This document shows positions 40,257 through 48,889 of a stretch of DNA of 64,000 nucleotides, one piece after another; position 1 is the first letter of the stretch, and each line of letters starts with the position of its first letter. Below the pieces are notes generated by a model. That model ran no database searches. It saw nothing but the letters and a program-made list of their open reading frames with translations, and was not told the origin of the DNA. Source of the DNA: an uncultured Candidatus Saccharibacteria bacterium (GTDB lineage: Bacteria > Patescibacteriota > Minisyncoccia > Phycocordibacterales > UBA5272); NCBI GenBank assembly GCA_964546555.1, contig CAZJJX010000002.1, positions 16,263 through 80,262 of the forward strand, given 5' to 3'. The position numbers and the translations under genes were made by a program.

Positions 40257-41030
40257 TTACTTTGTAGTAATTGTTATTGTACTTGTAACAAGATTACCTC
40301 TTGAGTTCAATGTCTGAACGGTGATAACTTTTTCACCTGTAGTCCAGCCTTCTGTCAGTGCGTCAAGATGTTTTATCAGTGATTTTGCATGTTCGTCTGT
40401 CGTGGCAACTTCAGGCAAAGTTGCTTGATGAGGCGTTTCTGCTTCAACTGCATGTTGATTGTCCGCTGCAGTACTGACACTAACACTTTCGATGTTAGGG
40501 ATAAGTTCCTTAGCAAGAATGAGTGCATCATCATAAACAGGTCCGATGCCACGAGTAAGTTCATTGATGCGACTGAAGGTTGCTTTTGTGTTGTTCCTGT
40601 CCTTCCTCTTTTTGTACAATTCAAGAAGTTTAAGAAGGTACTTCCCTTGACGAATAGGGTCAGTTTCTTCTGCAAGACCTTCATTGAGTATCGCTTCTGC
40701 TTGGACATCTCTTCCGTAGGCCAGATAGACGTCGGCTTCTGCAATAGGGTCAACTTCGTGATACGTACCATGTTGCATCGTCTTGTCTGTGGTGTCAGGT
40801 GTTCCAAAGAAACTATCCGGTGACAAACGTGACTCCAGAAAAACAGATTCTGTGTTCATGTTCCGCCGGGTAGGCCGCCTGTAAATAGAGAGACCCATTA
40901 CCATCGCTGCCAGAACAAGAAATGCAACTACTATTGCTTCCACATTTGCACTACCATCCGCTTCTACTTGAGCATAGACAGGGGAACAAGCAATTAAAGT
41001 CGCTAGCAAAAAGAAGAGTGAACGAACCAT
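40257..41030 (-). CDS. membrane protein with a FimV-like TPR segment
   Basis: EVDPIAEADVYLAYGRDVQAEAILNEGL...LKLLELY.KRKD resembles the internal FimV/TspA motif as recalled. Confidence 0.7.
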   Translation of the reverse strand: MVRSLFFLLATLIACSPVYAQVEADGSANVEAIVVAFLVLAAMVMGLSIYRRPTRRNMNTESVFLESRLSPDSFFGTPDTTDKTMQHGTYHEVDPIAEADVYLAYGRDVQAEAILNEGLAEETDPIRQGKYLLKLLELYKKRKDRNNTKATFSRINELTRGIGPVYDDALILAKELIPNIESVSVSTAADNQHAVEAETPHQATLPEVATTDEHAKSLIKHLDALTEGWTTGEKVITVQTLNSRGNLVTSTITITTK

Positions 41031-41271
41031 TTCGATATCCTTTCAGGATTAGGTTTCTAGGAATATCCGTAAACATCATACAATATAATTTACAAAAAGC
41101 AAGAAATCGTACCTGAATTCGCATTCTAATCGCACAAAGGTTTCAGACTAATTGCACAGGTGTTTTCGGTATATAGCTCATGTATATATCTCATACACAA
41201 ATTGGAAAAGAAAAAAGCCCCGAAACGATTAAACGTTTGACGGGGCTACTTCATCGGCATTGCGCCGATGG

Positions 41272-42480
41272 TTACTTCTTGGTGCCTTGCATGCTCATGT
41301 CGAGCGAAAGGTCCTTTGCCGTCCTCACGGAGAGCATGTCGAGGAGGCCTTGCACACTACTGTGCTGACCGGTGCCCGACTGGCCCATGACGACGCCCGG
41401 AACGAGCGGCTGCTTGGAGTTGGCGAGTGCGTCGGCGTAGAACTTCTGCGCTGCCGTCCATGCTTCCAGCTTCTTTTCGAGCGCGCCGTCGGCTTGCATG
41501 ACCAGACGCTTGCGTTCGGCTTCGCCTTCACCTAGGAGCACTTGCTCGCGCTTGCGCTGCTCGGCGGTCTTGGCTGCCAGCGAAGCGACTTCGAACTCTT
41601 GTTGAGCCTTGGTCACTTCCTTGGCCTTGACCGTCTCTTGCTCCCACTTCGCTTTCGCTGCGGTCGCTTGACCTTCCTTCTCGGCGGTGATCGCCGCTTG
41701 GATGGCCTTCTGAGCATTGGCTTGCGAAACCTGGACTTGCGTCATGGCTGCTTGCCGTTGCTTGATCTGCTCTTGCACGATCGTCGAGTAGTCGAGCTTC
41801 TCGATCGACATGGGTTGCAGCGTGATGCCGAACTGGTCGAGGATCGACCCGTGTTGACGTGAGGCCTTGCCGGTCTTCGGGTCGCGCACGATCTCGGCGG
41901 CCAACACCTTCTCGGGTTGGTTCGTGATCGGGTTCGTGCGTTCGACCTGGTGTGTCACCATCTGGAAGGCGCCATTCTGCGCTTGGTCGTTGATGATGTC
42001 GATCAGCTCGGCCTTGCGTTCGGCAAACGATTCGATTGACGTCATGGTGTTGCCCGACAACTGAATGGCGGTGTTCACCATGCGTGCGACGCCTCGTTCT
42101 TCGATTCCGGACGGCGAACCGAACTGCTTGTGGATCATGACGATCTGCTTGCAGTCGGTTGGCATTTGCCAGTTGACGCTGCCGTACAGCCTTGCTGTGC
42201 CGCCATCGTTGAACTGGAGCGCCTTGCCGGTGTCCATCTTCTCGGTGTGCACGTCGAACAGGTACGAGCCTTGCCGCGGGTACGTCGTCACGGTACCGAG
42301 CCATTGCATCTTGGGGCCAGGTTCGGTGTAGCAGTCGAGGGTGCCGTCGAGCTTCTGGATCACCATCAACTGCTTGGCATCCAGGTTTTCGACAAGCTGT
42401 GGCGTGAGGATCAGGGTGACGAGTGCTGTGATGGCAGCGCAAGCCATCATGACGAGGTTGCGCATCGTGAGTTTTTCCAT
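41272..42480 (-). CDS. SPFH/Band 7 domain protein with coiled coil
   Basis: N-terminal TM, FNDGG.A, Ala/Glu/Lys-rich coiled coil, PLVP.V.MG tail; visibly GC-rich. Confidence 0.8.
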   Translation of the reverse strand: MEKLTMRNLVMMACAAITALVTLILTPQLVENLDAKQLMVIQKLDGTLDCYTEPGPKMQWLGTVTTYPRQGSYLFDVHTEKMDTGKALQFNDGGTARLYGSVNWQMPTDCKQIVMIHKQFGSPSGIEERGVARMVNTAIQLSGNTMTSIESFAERKAELIDIINDQAQNGAFQMVTHQVERTNPITNQPEKVLAAEIVRDPKTGKASRQHGSILDQFGITLQPMSIEKLDYSTIVQEQIKQRQAAMTQVQVSQANAQKAIQAAITAEKEGQATAAKAKWEQETVKAKEVTKAQQEFEVASLAAKTAEQRKREQVLLGEGEAERKRLVMQADGALEKKLEAWTAAQKFYADALANSKQPLVPGVVMGQSGTGQHSSVQGLLDMLSVRTAKDLSLDMSMQGTKK

Positions 42481-42492
42481 TGCGGGATCTCC

Positions 42493-42720
42493 TTAGTTGT
42501 TGCCGTCGTTGCGGCGAGGTTGGTGCTTCTTCACTTGCTTTTCCAGGCCGGCTTCAAGGCTGGCTTGGTTGGCATCGGCGAGTTCCTTCTCCAGCTTCCG
42601 TTGTTTGCGGAAGAAGGGGAAAGTGGGACGCCCCTTGTAGAGCGGCCAGGCGACCTGGGTGATGAACACCAGCAGGACGATGGCCACAAACAGGTACTCC
42701 ATGAGACGATAGAACAGCAT
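42493..42720 (-). CDS. small single-TM protein upstream of SPFH gene
   Basis: TM plus short coiled coil, SD GAGGAG, same GC-rich codon usage. Confidence 0.75.
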   Translation of the reverse strand: MLFYRLMEYLFVAIVLLVFITQVAWPLYKGRPTFPFFRKQRKLEKELADANQASLEAGLEKQVKKHQPRRNDGNN

Positions 42721-43015
42721 GTCTGGCTCCTCTTAAAAAGGTTGAGTTTGGAAAGGGCTTCTGCTCTTATTGGTTACCCAATTTTGAGACAATTATTATT
42801 ATATAATATAATATATTTGTTTGTCAATAGTGACAAAATAGAAATTTATTGCCTAAAATTAGTAACATTCTTATAAACAACAAGATGTAGTTCTAAAGGA
42901 TTTCTCTAAAATATTATTTGTAAGTCTTTAGCTAGTAACATGGTTTTTGACTTATCAATTTATAAACGATAGGATGATTTTAGGTAGTTTTTTAAAATCG
43001 TAAGGAAAGGTAATT

Positions 43016-43705
43016 ATGAACACAAAAAGGTTTTTTCCAGTAATTCACTGTATTGACCCATTTGAAGAGCAGGGTATTGGTCATGCAATTCATAATACTA
43101 AGATTGCAATGACACATGGTGCTGACGGAGTGTTCCTTATTGGTCATGCGATGAAGTATGGGCCACTATGTGAAATCTATGAACATGTAAGAAAACAGTT
43201 TCCTGAAATATGGATTGGTATCAACTTTCTCGATATTACAGGTTATGATACATGGCACCTGCTAGGCAGTGTTGTTAGACATCAGCGAGGGATCAACGGT
43301 CTCTGGGTAGACATGTTGCCTGATGAGCGAATTGATGTCCCGTCATCAGTTGAGGTGTTTGGCGGTGTTGCCTTCAAATACATAGATCCAAATATTCGAG
43401 GACAAGAACTCAAGGAAGCATGCAACAAGGCTCTAAAGGTGGTTGATGTCGTTACAACAAGTGGAATAAAAACTGGCTCAGCTCCTGATACAGAGAAACT
43501 AGAAGAGATACGAAGAAACATTGGTAACGAAACACAGCTAGCACTTGCAAGTGGGGTTACCGAAGAAAATGTCTCCTTGTTCTTGCCGACTGTGGATACA
43601 TTTTTGGTTGCTTCAAGTATCATTGAACGAAAAAAGAGCCTAGGTAATCATGAGTATCTTATTCCAGAAAAAGTAGCATCACTCGCGCAAAAAATTCATG
43701 CATGA
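43016..43705 (+). CDS. BtpA/SgcQ-like TIM-barrel protein
   Basis: PVIH, GADG, IGINFL, VTTSG.KTG.AP, ASGVT.EN, VASS. Confidence 0.8.
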   Translation: MNTKRFFPVIHCIDPFEEQGIGHAIHNTKIAMTHGADGVFLIGHAMKYGPLCEIYEHVRKQFPEIWIGINFLDITGYDTWHLLGSVVRHQRGINGLWVDMLPDERIDVPSSVEVFGGVAFKYIDPNIRGQELKEACNKALKVVDVVTTSGIKTGSAPDTEKLEEIRRNIGNETQLALASGVTEENVSLFLPTVDTFLVASSIIERKKSLGNHEYLIPEKVASLAQKIHA

Positions 43706-43868
43706 GTAAGACTTAACTTCACGTAACTATAGAGCATATGGTTACGTGATTTTATTTTTGTGACGCCACGGGGTACCGCGGCATCCTACAAAAACATAGT
43801 CGTGAGTACACTTTTTTTATGTAAGGAGTGATACGTCACAAAATGATTACATTTAGAGTATTTTTACT

Positions 43869-44105
43869 TCATAGTAAGTGTTTATATGAAAAAGGATATC
43901 CAGAACTTGACTTAAGATATTTTTCAAATTCGTATGCACGATCTTTGTTAGTAAAAGAGCAGTACCAGACTATTTTATAAACACCATTATTTCTTGTTGT
44001 TTTTGTTTCGCCGTTATTATGTTCTTGTAATCTCTTTTTAAGATCAAATGTGCACCCTATATACTTTTCTTGCCTTTCATTTTTTAAAATGTAGACATAG
44101 TGCAT
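43869..44105 (-). CDS. small GIY-YIG nuclease
   Basis: YVYIL...YIGCT.DL.KRL.EHN.G...FEKYLKSSSG. Confidence 0.9.
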   Translation of the reverse strand: MHYVYILKNERQEKYIGCTFDLKKRLQEHNNGETKTTRNNGVYKIVWYCSFTNKDRAYEFEKYLKSSSGYPFSYKHLL

Positions 44106-44314
44106 ATGATTTAAGTATATTCCACGACGCAAGATTACTTGCTATGAGGGGCACGACCCCACTTCGCGATTACGTTACACGGGGTCCTACCACTTCTTTT
44201 CAATTTTTTATTCATATCTTAAGATATCTAATGAGATTTTCTATACTATGGTGCGCGCACCGCGAAGCTCCAAAAAACCACCAAGCATTTCTTGGTGGTT
44301 TTTTTGGAGCGAAG

Positions 44315-44711
44315 TGGTGGAGATGGCGAGAATCGAACTCGCGTGTACTAAGGTATGAGGTATGGGTCTACTGTACGTAGTTTGCTTCATGTGTTCGCAT
44401 TCATTATTAAAAGCAAACTAAAGCAATGAATGTATAGCATGAATTATTTCAAGTATAGTGTTATGCAACACTGTGCTCTACATCTACTGTTATATTGCCA
44501 GCAGTCATCCCGTAGATGCGAACGAAAGTGACACCAGATCGGCCAGTAATTTAGGCGAATGCTGGAACTAGTCCGTTTGCCATGTATGGTGAACGGATAG
44601 CCTTACCAGTTGAGTTTGCAACATGGTCTCTCCGGTCTTTTACGAGTTGCGGAGAATTCTCGGTACAGCACATACAACATATTCTTAGTATCGATGCCAA
44701 AGATCATCCCC
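44315..44711 (-). ncRNA. ssrA: tmRNA, predicted tag (A)GKAIRSPYMANGLVPAFA
   Basis: 5' GGGGAUG pairs with 3' CAUCUCC-ACCA including G3-U; T-arm GCGAG-UUCGAUU-CUCGC; tag frame after CAACU ends PAFA-UAA; near smpB. Confidence 0.95.
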
Positions 44712-44842
44712 CTAAAACATCGGTAAACTGATGTTTGGGCGTCCGTTTGCCATGGGCCCTGCAAACGGATTAGCCATAAAACACCAGTAACCAAATGTTC
44801 GGGCGAATTAACCGCCCAAATAATTTTTCAATTTATAAAAAA

Positions 44843-45109
44843 TTATTTGGATTGTTTATTCTTTAGATATTCTTTTTTAATTTTATTTTTGAAATTAGCA
44901 GACCAAAGAGTTTTTAGAAATCTTTCCCTATTAAACACATCTTCTTTTGAAGTAAATTCCTCAGTGTGTATACAAACAAGCGGCTGTCTATTTTTTGTTG
45001 CTGGAACGTGTCCAGAGTTATGCCTCCTTAATCGCTCTACTACATTAGATGTGCATCCTACATATAGCTTTGTATCTTTTTCACTATATAAAATATAAAT
45101 GAAATACAT
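44843..45109 (-). CDS. small GIY-YIG nuclease
   Basis: FIYILYS...LYVGCT...RL.RHN.G.V.ATKNR.P...RERFLK. Confidence 0.9.
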   Translation of the reverse strand: MYFIYILYSEKDTKLYVGCTSNVVERLRRHNSGHVPATKNRQPLVCIHTEEFTSKEDVFNRERFLKTLWSANFKNKIKKEYLKNKQSK

Positions 45110-45113
45110 ACCT

Positions 45114-45548
45114 TTAATTACTTTCTCGCAGTTCTCTGCGAGTGATATTTTTTTTGATATCTTCTCGCTTGTCGCGTGCATCTTTCTTTTTACACACCGC
45201 GACCTCAACTTTAATGAGGTTATTTTTACTATACAACGAGTTAGGATGAAGTGTCAATACTTTTGTTTGTTCGAGTCCGTAGAGCTCAGCAATCTCTTTT
45301 TTTTGTAACAATAGTTTGCGGGTGCGGTAGGGGTCATAGTCTTTTGGGGTATTTGCAGCTTGATATGGTGCAATATAGACACCAACAAGAAACGCTTCAC
45401 CTCCACGGATGAGAATTTTCCCACCTTCAAGGTTTGCAAGCTTAGCTCGCACAGCTTTTACTTCAAAACCAAAAAGCTCGATTCCTGCATCATAGGTGTC
45501 GTTTATCACGTAGGTGAGATGGAGTTTTTTGTGTTCAGCTTGTCTCAT
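45114..45548 (-). CDS. smpB: SsrA-binding protein
   Basis: AGIEL.GFEVKAVR, YDP.RTRKLLL.KKEI, DKRE.IK. Confidence 0.96.
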   Translation of the reverse strand: MRQAEHKKLHLTYVINDTYDAGIELFGFEVKAVRAKLANLEGGKILIRGGEAFLVGVYIAPYQAANTPKDYDPYRTRKLLLQKKEIAELYGLEQTKVLTLHPNSLYSKNNLIKVEVAVCKKKDARDKREDIKKNITRRELRESN

Positions 45549-45662
45549 AGATATCTAGATGGTTATAGATAAACGTATTCTATCTATTCTAACATACCCA
45601 TTTCCTATGGTCGGTCATTTTTGGTATACTACATATCTTGCGGTTCTTTATGGAGGTTTACC

Positions 45663-45902
45663 ATGTCTTCTGATAATGCTTCCCCAAAAAACAGGGAACA
45701 TGTCGTTCCTTTGACTTCAGAAGAAAAATTGTGGTATTCAGCTTTGTTTGTTGGGAAGTACACGTGTCCAACATGTCGTGTGCTTATTCCGGTTATGAAT
45801 AATCATGGGATAGAAGGTGACACAAAAAGTGATTATTTTACTCGCCACAAAAAGATAGGTACATCACTTCTGTGTGATTACTCCTTACAGCCTATTGCGT
45901 AA
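45663..45902 (+). CDS. small hypothetical protein, possible zinc finger
   Basis: CPTC...RH...C; SD GGAGGT. Confidence 0.55.
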   Translation: MSSDNASPKNREHVVPLTSEEKLWYSALFVGKYTCPTCRVLIPVMNNHGIEGDTKSDYFTRHKKIGTSLLCDYSLQPIA

Positions 45903-46027
45903 CCTCATCTGTGCTAGGAGACTCCACCAAAAAGGTTTTTGTGTACGGACCAATCACGCTTATCTGTGATTGGTTTTTTTTTATGCTTTGCTGTAATCTG
46001 CTATAATGTCTTCACTATAATCTAATT

Positions 46028-47923
46028 ATGCAAAAGATGAAATTCCCAAAACTTACTAAGCAGTCCAAACAACAAAAGGAAGATCAGTCTTCCCAGGCAA
46101 AACCAACAAGCTTTGCTCAACAACTTTTTGGAGTTTTTATTATCTTCATGTTTTTGTCATGGGGGTACTCAATTATTAGCGAAAAGAAGGCGACACCAGT
46201 TGTGCCTATTTCAGAGTTCGCACAAAAGGTTGCAACACGAGAAATCGTGGCTATTGATGTAGAAGGGAGCTCTCTTACTGGGAAAAAAGCAGACGATACA
46301 AAAATAGTGACTAAGAAAGAAGATGGAGCGTCTGTATTTTCAACACTCTCTGCATATGGGGTTAGTACAAGCACCCTTGCAACAACGACAATAACTATTT
46401 CTTCTGATAGGGGTGCATCTTTTTGGGTTTCACTTATTCCAATTATCCTCCCGATCCTTTTCCTTGCGTTTATGATTTGGTGGTTAGCTCGTGGCATCAA
46501 AGGTGCGAATGTACAAGCGCTTTCATTTGGTCAGTCTCGTGCAAAAGTTATTTATCCAGATGACACAAAAGAAAAAATTCTTTTCAAGGACGTGGCTGGT
46601 GCAAAAGAAGCAAAAGAAGAACTGGAAGAAATCGTAGAGTTTTTGCGTGCGCCAAAGAAGTTTACTGATATTGGTGCAGAGATTCCAAAAGGTGTCCTTC
46701 TTATGGGTGCACCAGGAACAGGTAAGACTATGCTTGCTCGTGCTGTGGCTGGGGAGGCAGGAGTGCCGTTCTTCCATTTATCTGGATCGGAGTTCGAAGA
46801 GATGTTTGTTGGTGTCGGGGCATCACGCGTGCGTGATCTTTTCGATATGGCAAAGAAAGCCGCACCTGCAATCATCTTCATTGATGAAATAGATGCGGTT
46901 GGACGAAGTAGATCTACAACAATAGGTGGGCAAGGAGAAGCTCGCGAACAGACACTCAATCAGATACTTGTAGAGATGGATGGATTCGAGCCAACAATGA
47001 ATCTCATTGTTATGGCGGCAACGAACCGTCCTGACGTGCTCGATAAAGCACTACTTCGTCCTGGACGTTTTGATCGTCGAGTGACACTTGATCTTCCTGA
47101 TCGTAATGATCGTGAAGAGATTCTTTCTGTTCATATAAAGTCTAAGCCACTTGCAGAAGACGTGAATCTTAAGGTAATCGCAGAAAGAACACCAGGGTTT
47201 TCTGGTGCAGATCTGTATTCTCTTATGAACGAAAGTGCGATCTTAGCTGCGCGAGAAGGTCGCAAGTCTGTTGCGCAGTATGATCTTATTCGCTCTATCG
47301 AAAAGGTGATGCTTGGTCCAGAGCGAAAGAGTCATGTTCTTTCTGATAAAGAAAAGAAGTTAACGGCATATCACGAAGCAGGACATGCTCTTGTCGCATC
47401 AGTATTGCCTGATGCTGATCCTGTGCATAAGATATCTATTATTGCTCGCGGTAATGCCGGAGGATACACACTTAAGCTCCCACTTGATGACAGGCGACTC
47501 ATGAGTCGTGCGACGTTTTTGGATGATATTGCAATGTCACTTGGTGGATATGTAGCAGAAAAAGAAATCTTTGGAGACATTACTACGGGACCATCAAATG
47601 ATCTAGAGGTTGCGTCCAAGATGGCTCGTCAGATGGTGATGCGATACGGTATGAGTACACTTGGGCCGATTGCTTTTGATGCGCGCAATGAGACACTTTT
47701 AGGAACTAAGGAATACAGCGAAGAATATGCACAGAAGATTGACGATGAAGTAAAGCGCATCATGGATGAGGCGTGGAATAGAGCACGGCTTATCATTACC
47801 GACAAACGGCATGTGCTCACAGCGATAGCAGAGGAGCTTATGCGTGTTGAGAATATCGAGCGTGAAGAGTTTGAGAAGCTTCTTGTTTTACACGGTATCG
47901 CACCAAAGAAGAAAGAGATGTAA
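46028..47923 (+). CDS. ftsH: ATP-dependent zinc metalloprotease FtsH
   Basis: 2 [28 protein letters not shown]. Confidence 0.98.
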   Translation: MQKMKFPKLTKQSKQQKEDQSSQAKPTSFAQQLFGVFIIFMFLSWGYSIISEKKATPVVPISEFAQKVATREIVAIDVEGSSLTGKKADDTKIVTKKEDGASVFSTLSAYGVSTSTLATTTITISSDRGASFWVSLIPIILPILFLAFMIWWLARGIKGANVQALSFGQSRAKVIYPDDTKEKILFKDVAGAKEAKEELEEIVEFLRAPKKFTDIGAEIPKGVLLMGAPGTGKTMLARAVAGEAGVPFFHLSGSEFEEMFVGVGASRVRDLFDMAKKAAPAIIFIDEIDAVGRSRSTTIGGQGEAREQTLNQILVEMDGFEPTMNLIVMAATNRPDVLDKALLRPGRFDRRVTLDLPDRNDREEILSVHIKSKPLAEDVNLKVIAERTPGFSGADLYSLMNESAILAAREGRKSVAQYDLIRSIEKVMLGPERKSHVLSDKEKKLTAYHEAGHALVASVLPDADPVHKISIIARGNAGGYTLKLPLDDRRLMSRATFLDDIAMSLGGYVAEKEIFGDITTGPSNDLEVASKMARQMVMRYGMSTLGPIAFDARNETLLGTKEYSEEYAQKIDDEVKRIMDEAWNRARLIITDKRHVLTAIAEELMRVENIEREEFEKLLVLHGIAPKKKEM

Positions 47924-47935
47924 GAAAGGGGGGTG

Positions 47936-47988
47936 ATGGGGAAGAAATAAGGGTGGAGGCGAAGCCTCCACCCTTATTTCTTCCCCAT
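47936..47988. repeat. perfect 25-bp hairpin capped by GC-GAA-GC
   Basis: ATGGGGAAGAAATAAGGGTGGAGGC-GAA-GCCTCCACCCTTATTTCTTCCCCAT; no T-tract. Confidence 0.85.
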
Positions 47989-48055
47989 AGAAACATTTGC
48001 TATTTTTTGCTATAGTACAGTAACAAAATAGTAAGTAACGTCGTATCAGCAAAGT

Positions 48056-48128
48056 GCATCCATAGCTCAGTTGGTAGAGCCGTCGTCTTATACACGACTG
48101 GTCCCTGGTTCGAGTCCAGGTGGATGCA
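48056..48128 (+). tRNA. tRNA-Ile, anticodon UAU, CCA not encoded
   Basis: GCATCCA/TGGATGC acceptor, GCTC/GAGC D stem, GTCGT-CTTATAC-ACGAC anticodon arm, CCTGG-TTCGAGT-CCAGG T arm, discriminator A. Confidence 0.93.
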
Positions 48129-48226
48129 CTTTGGGGATAAGGTGCGAATGAAATCAAAATACGATGTAGTATACACGACTGATTCTTTGTTCTCGTTTTT
48201 ATGGCCAAGCCATGAATCTGCTGATT

Positions 48227-48289
48227 CAGGTGGATGCACTTTGGGGATAAGGTACGAATGAAATCAATTTACGATGAAGTATAAATGAC
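48227..48289 (+). repeat. duplicate of tRNA 3' end and downstream flank
   Basis: CAGGTGGATGCACTTTGGGGATAAGGT.CGAATGAAATCAA matches 48117-48179. Confidence 0.9.
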
Positions 48290-48446
48290 CAACTTGAGTC
48301 ATCTGTTGATTTTGTAATACGTAATGGTATTTGTGTTGTAATTTTTTATATCCGCTTTACAAGCATGCTTTCAAGGAGTAGCATAGAGAGAGTGCTTCTT
48401 AAAAAGAGAAGTGCTGATCTCTAATCTACAACTAAGGAGATTCAGG

Positions 48447-48809
48447 ATGGCAGATACAACACAAGGCAACTCTCACATCATTGAGAGCTGCTGGCAAACT
48501 GGCAAAGGAGAACAAGATCTTGGCTCACAACAAGACAAAACTTCTACAACACAGAATCCATGCAGGCGAGTGCTTCCTGGAAGTACTGACTGCCGTGGAC
48601 AAATTGAAAAGAGTAAATGTGTTTTTCAACAAGTAGGTGAACATGCTTCGTGTGCAGGTCTGATTCATTCAGCGGGGGCCAACACTGAACAAGCAAAACA
48701 TTTTTTTCGTGTGAAGCGTCTCGAAGACTATCGTTCTACAGAGCAAGGTCTTGGACATCTTTCAAACAAAAGAGCATTACATTCTTCGCCGGTCCCGCTT
48801 AGGGAGTAG
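48447..48809 (+). CDS. hypothetical Cys-containing protein
   Basis: AAGGAG SD before ATG 48447; no recognised motif. Confidence 0.4.
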   Translation: MADTTQGNSHIIESCWQTGKGEQDLGSQQDKTSTTQNPCRRVLPGSTDCRGQIEKSKCVFQQVGEHASCAGLIHSAGANTEQAKHFFRVKRLEDYRSTEQGLGHLSNKRALHSSPVPLRE

Positions 48810-48889
48810 GTGCATATCTGGTGCCACAAAGTCGCGCAAAGCGCGACTTTTTGTATGCATCTACATGTACAGTTTAATGAACTATGGAT

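Noticed and set aside
41325-42876. Long alternative-frame ORFs (41528-42442, 42130-42876 and others) over the SPFH gene
   Set aside because: Expected in GC3-rich DNA with few off-frame stops; Arg/Pro-rich translations, no motifs.
44048-44794. ORFs 44048-44380 and 44603-44794
   Set aside because: Overlap tmRNA and palindromes; no protein motifs.
47888-48239. ORFs antisense to the tRNA
   Set aside because: Shadow frames across a clear tRNA gene.
48117-48289. Prophage or integrative element at the tRNA
   Set aside because: Repeats only 110 bp apart; no integrase or phage genes.
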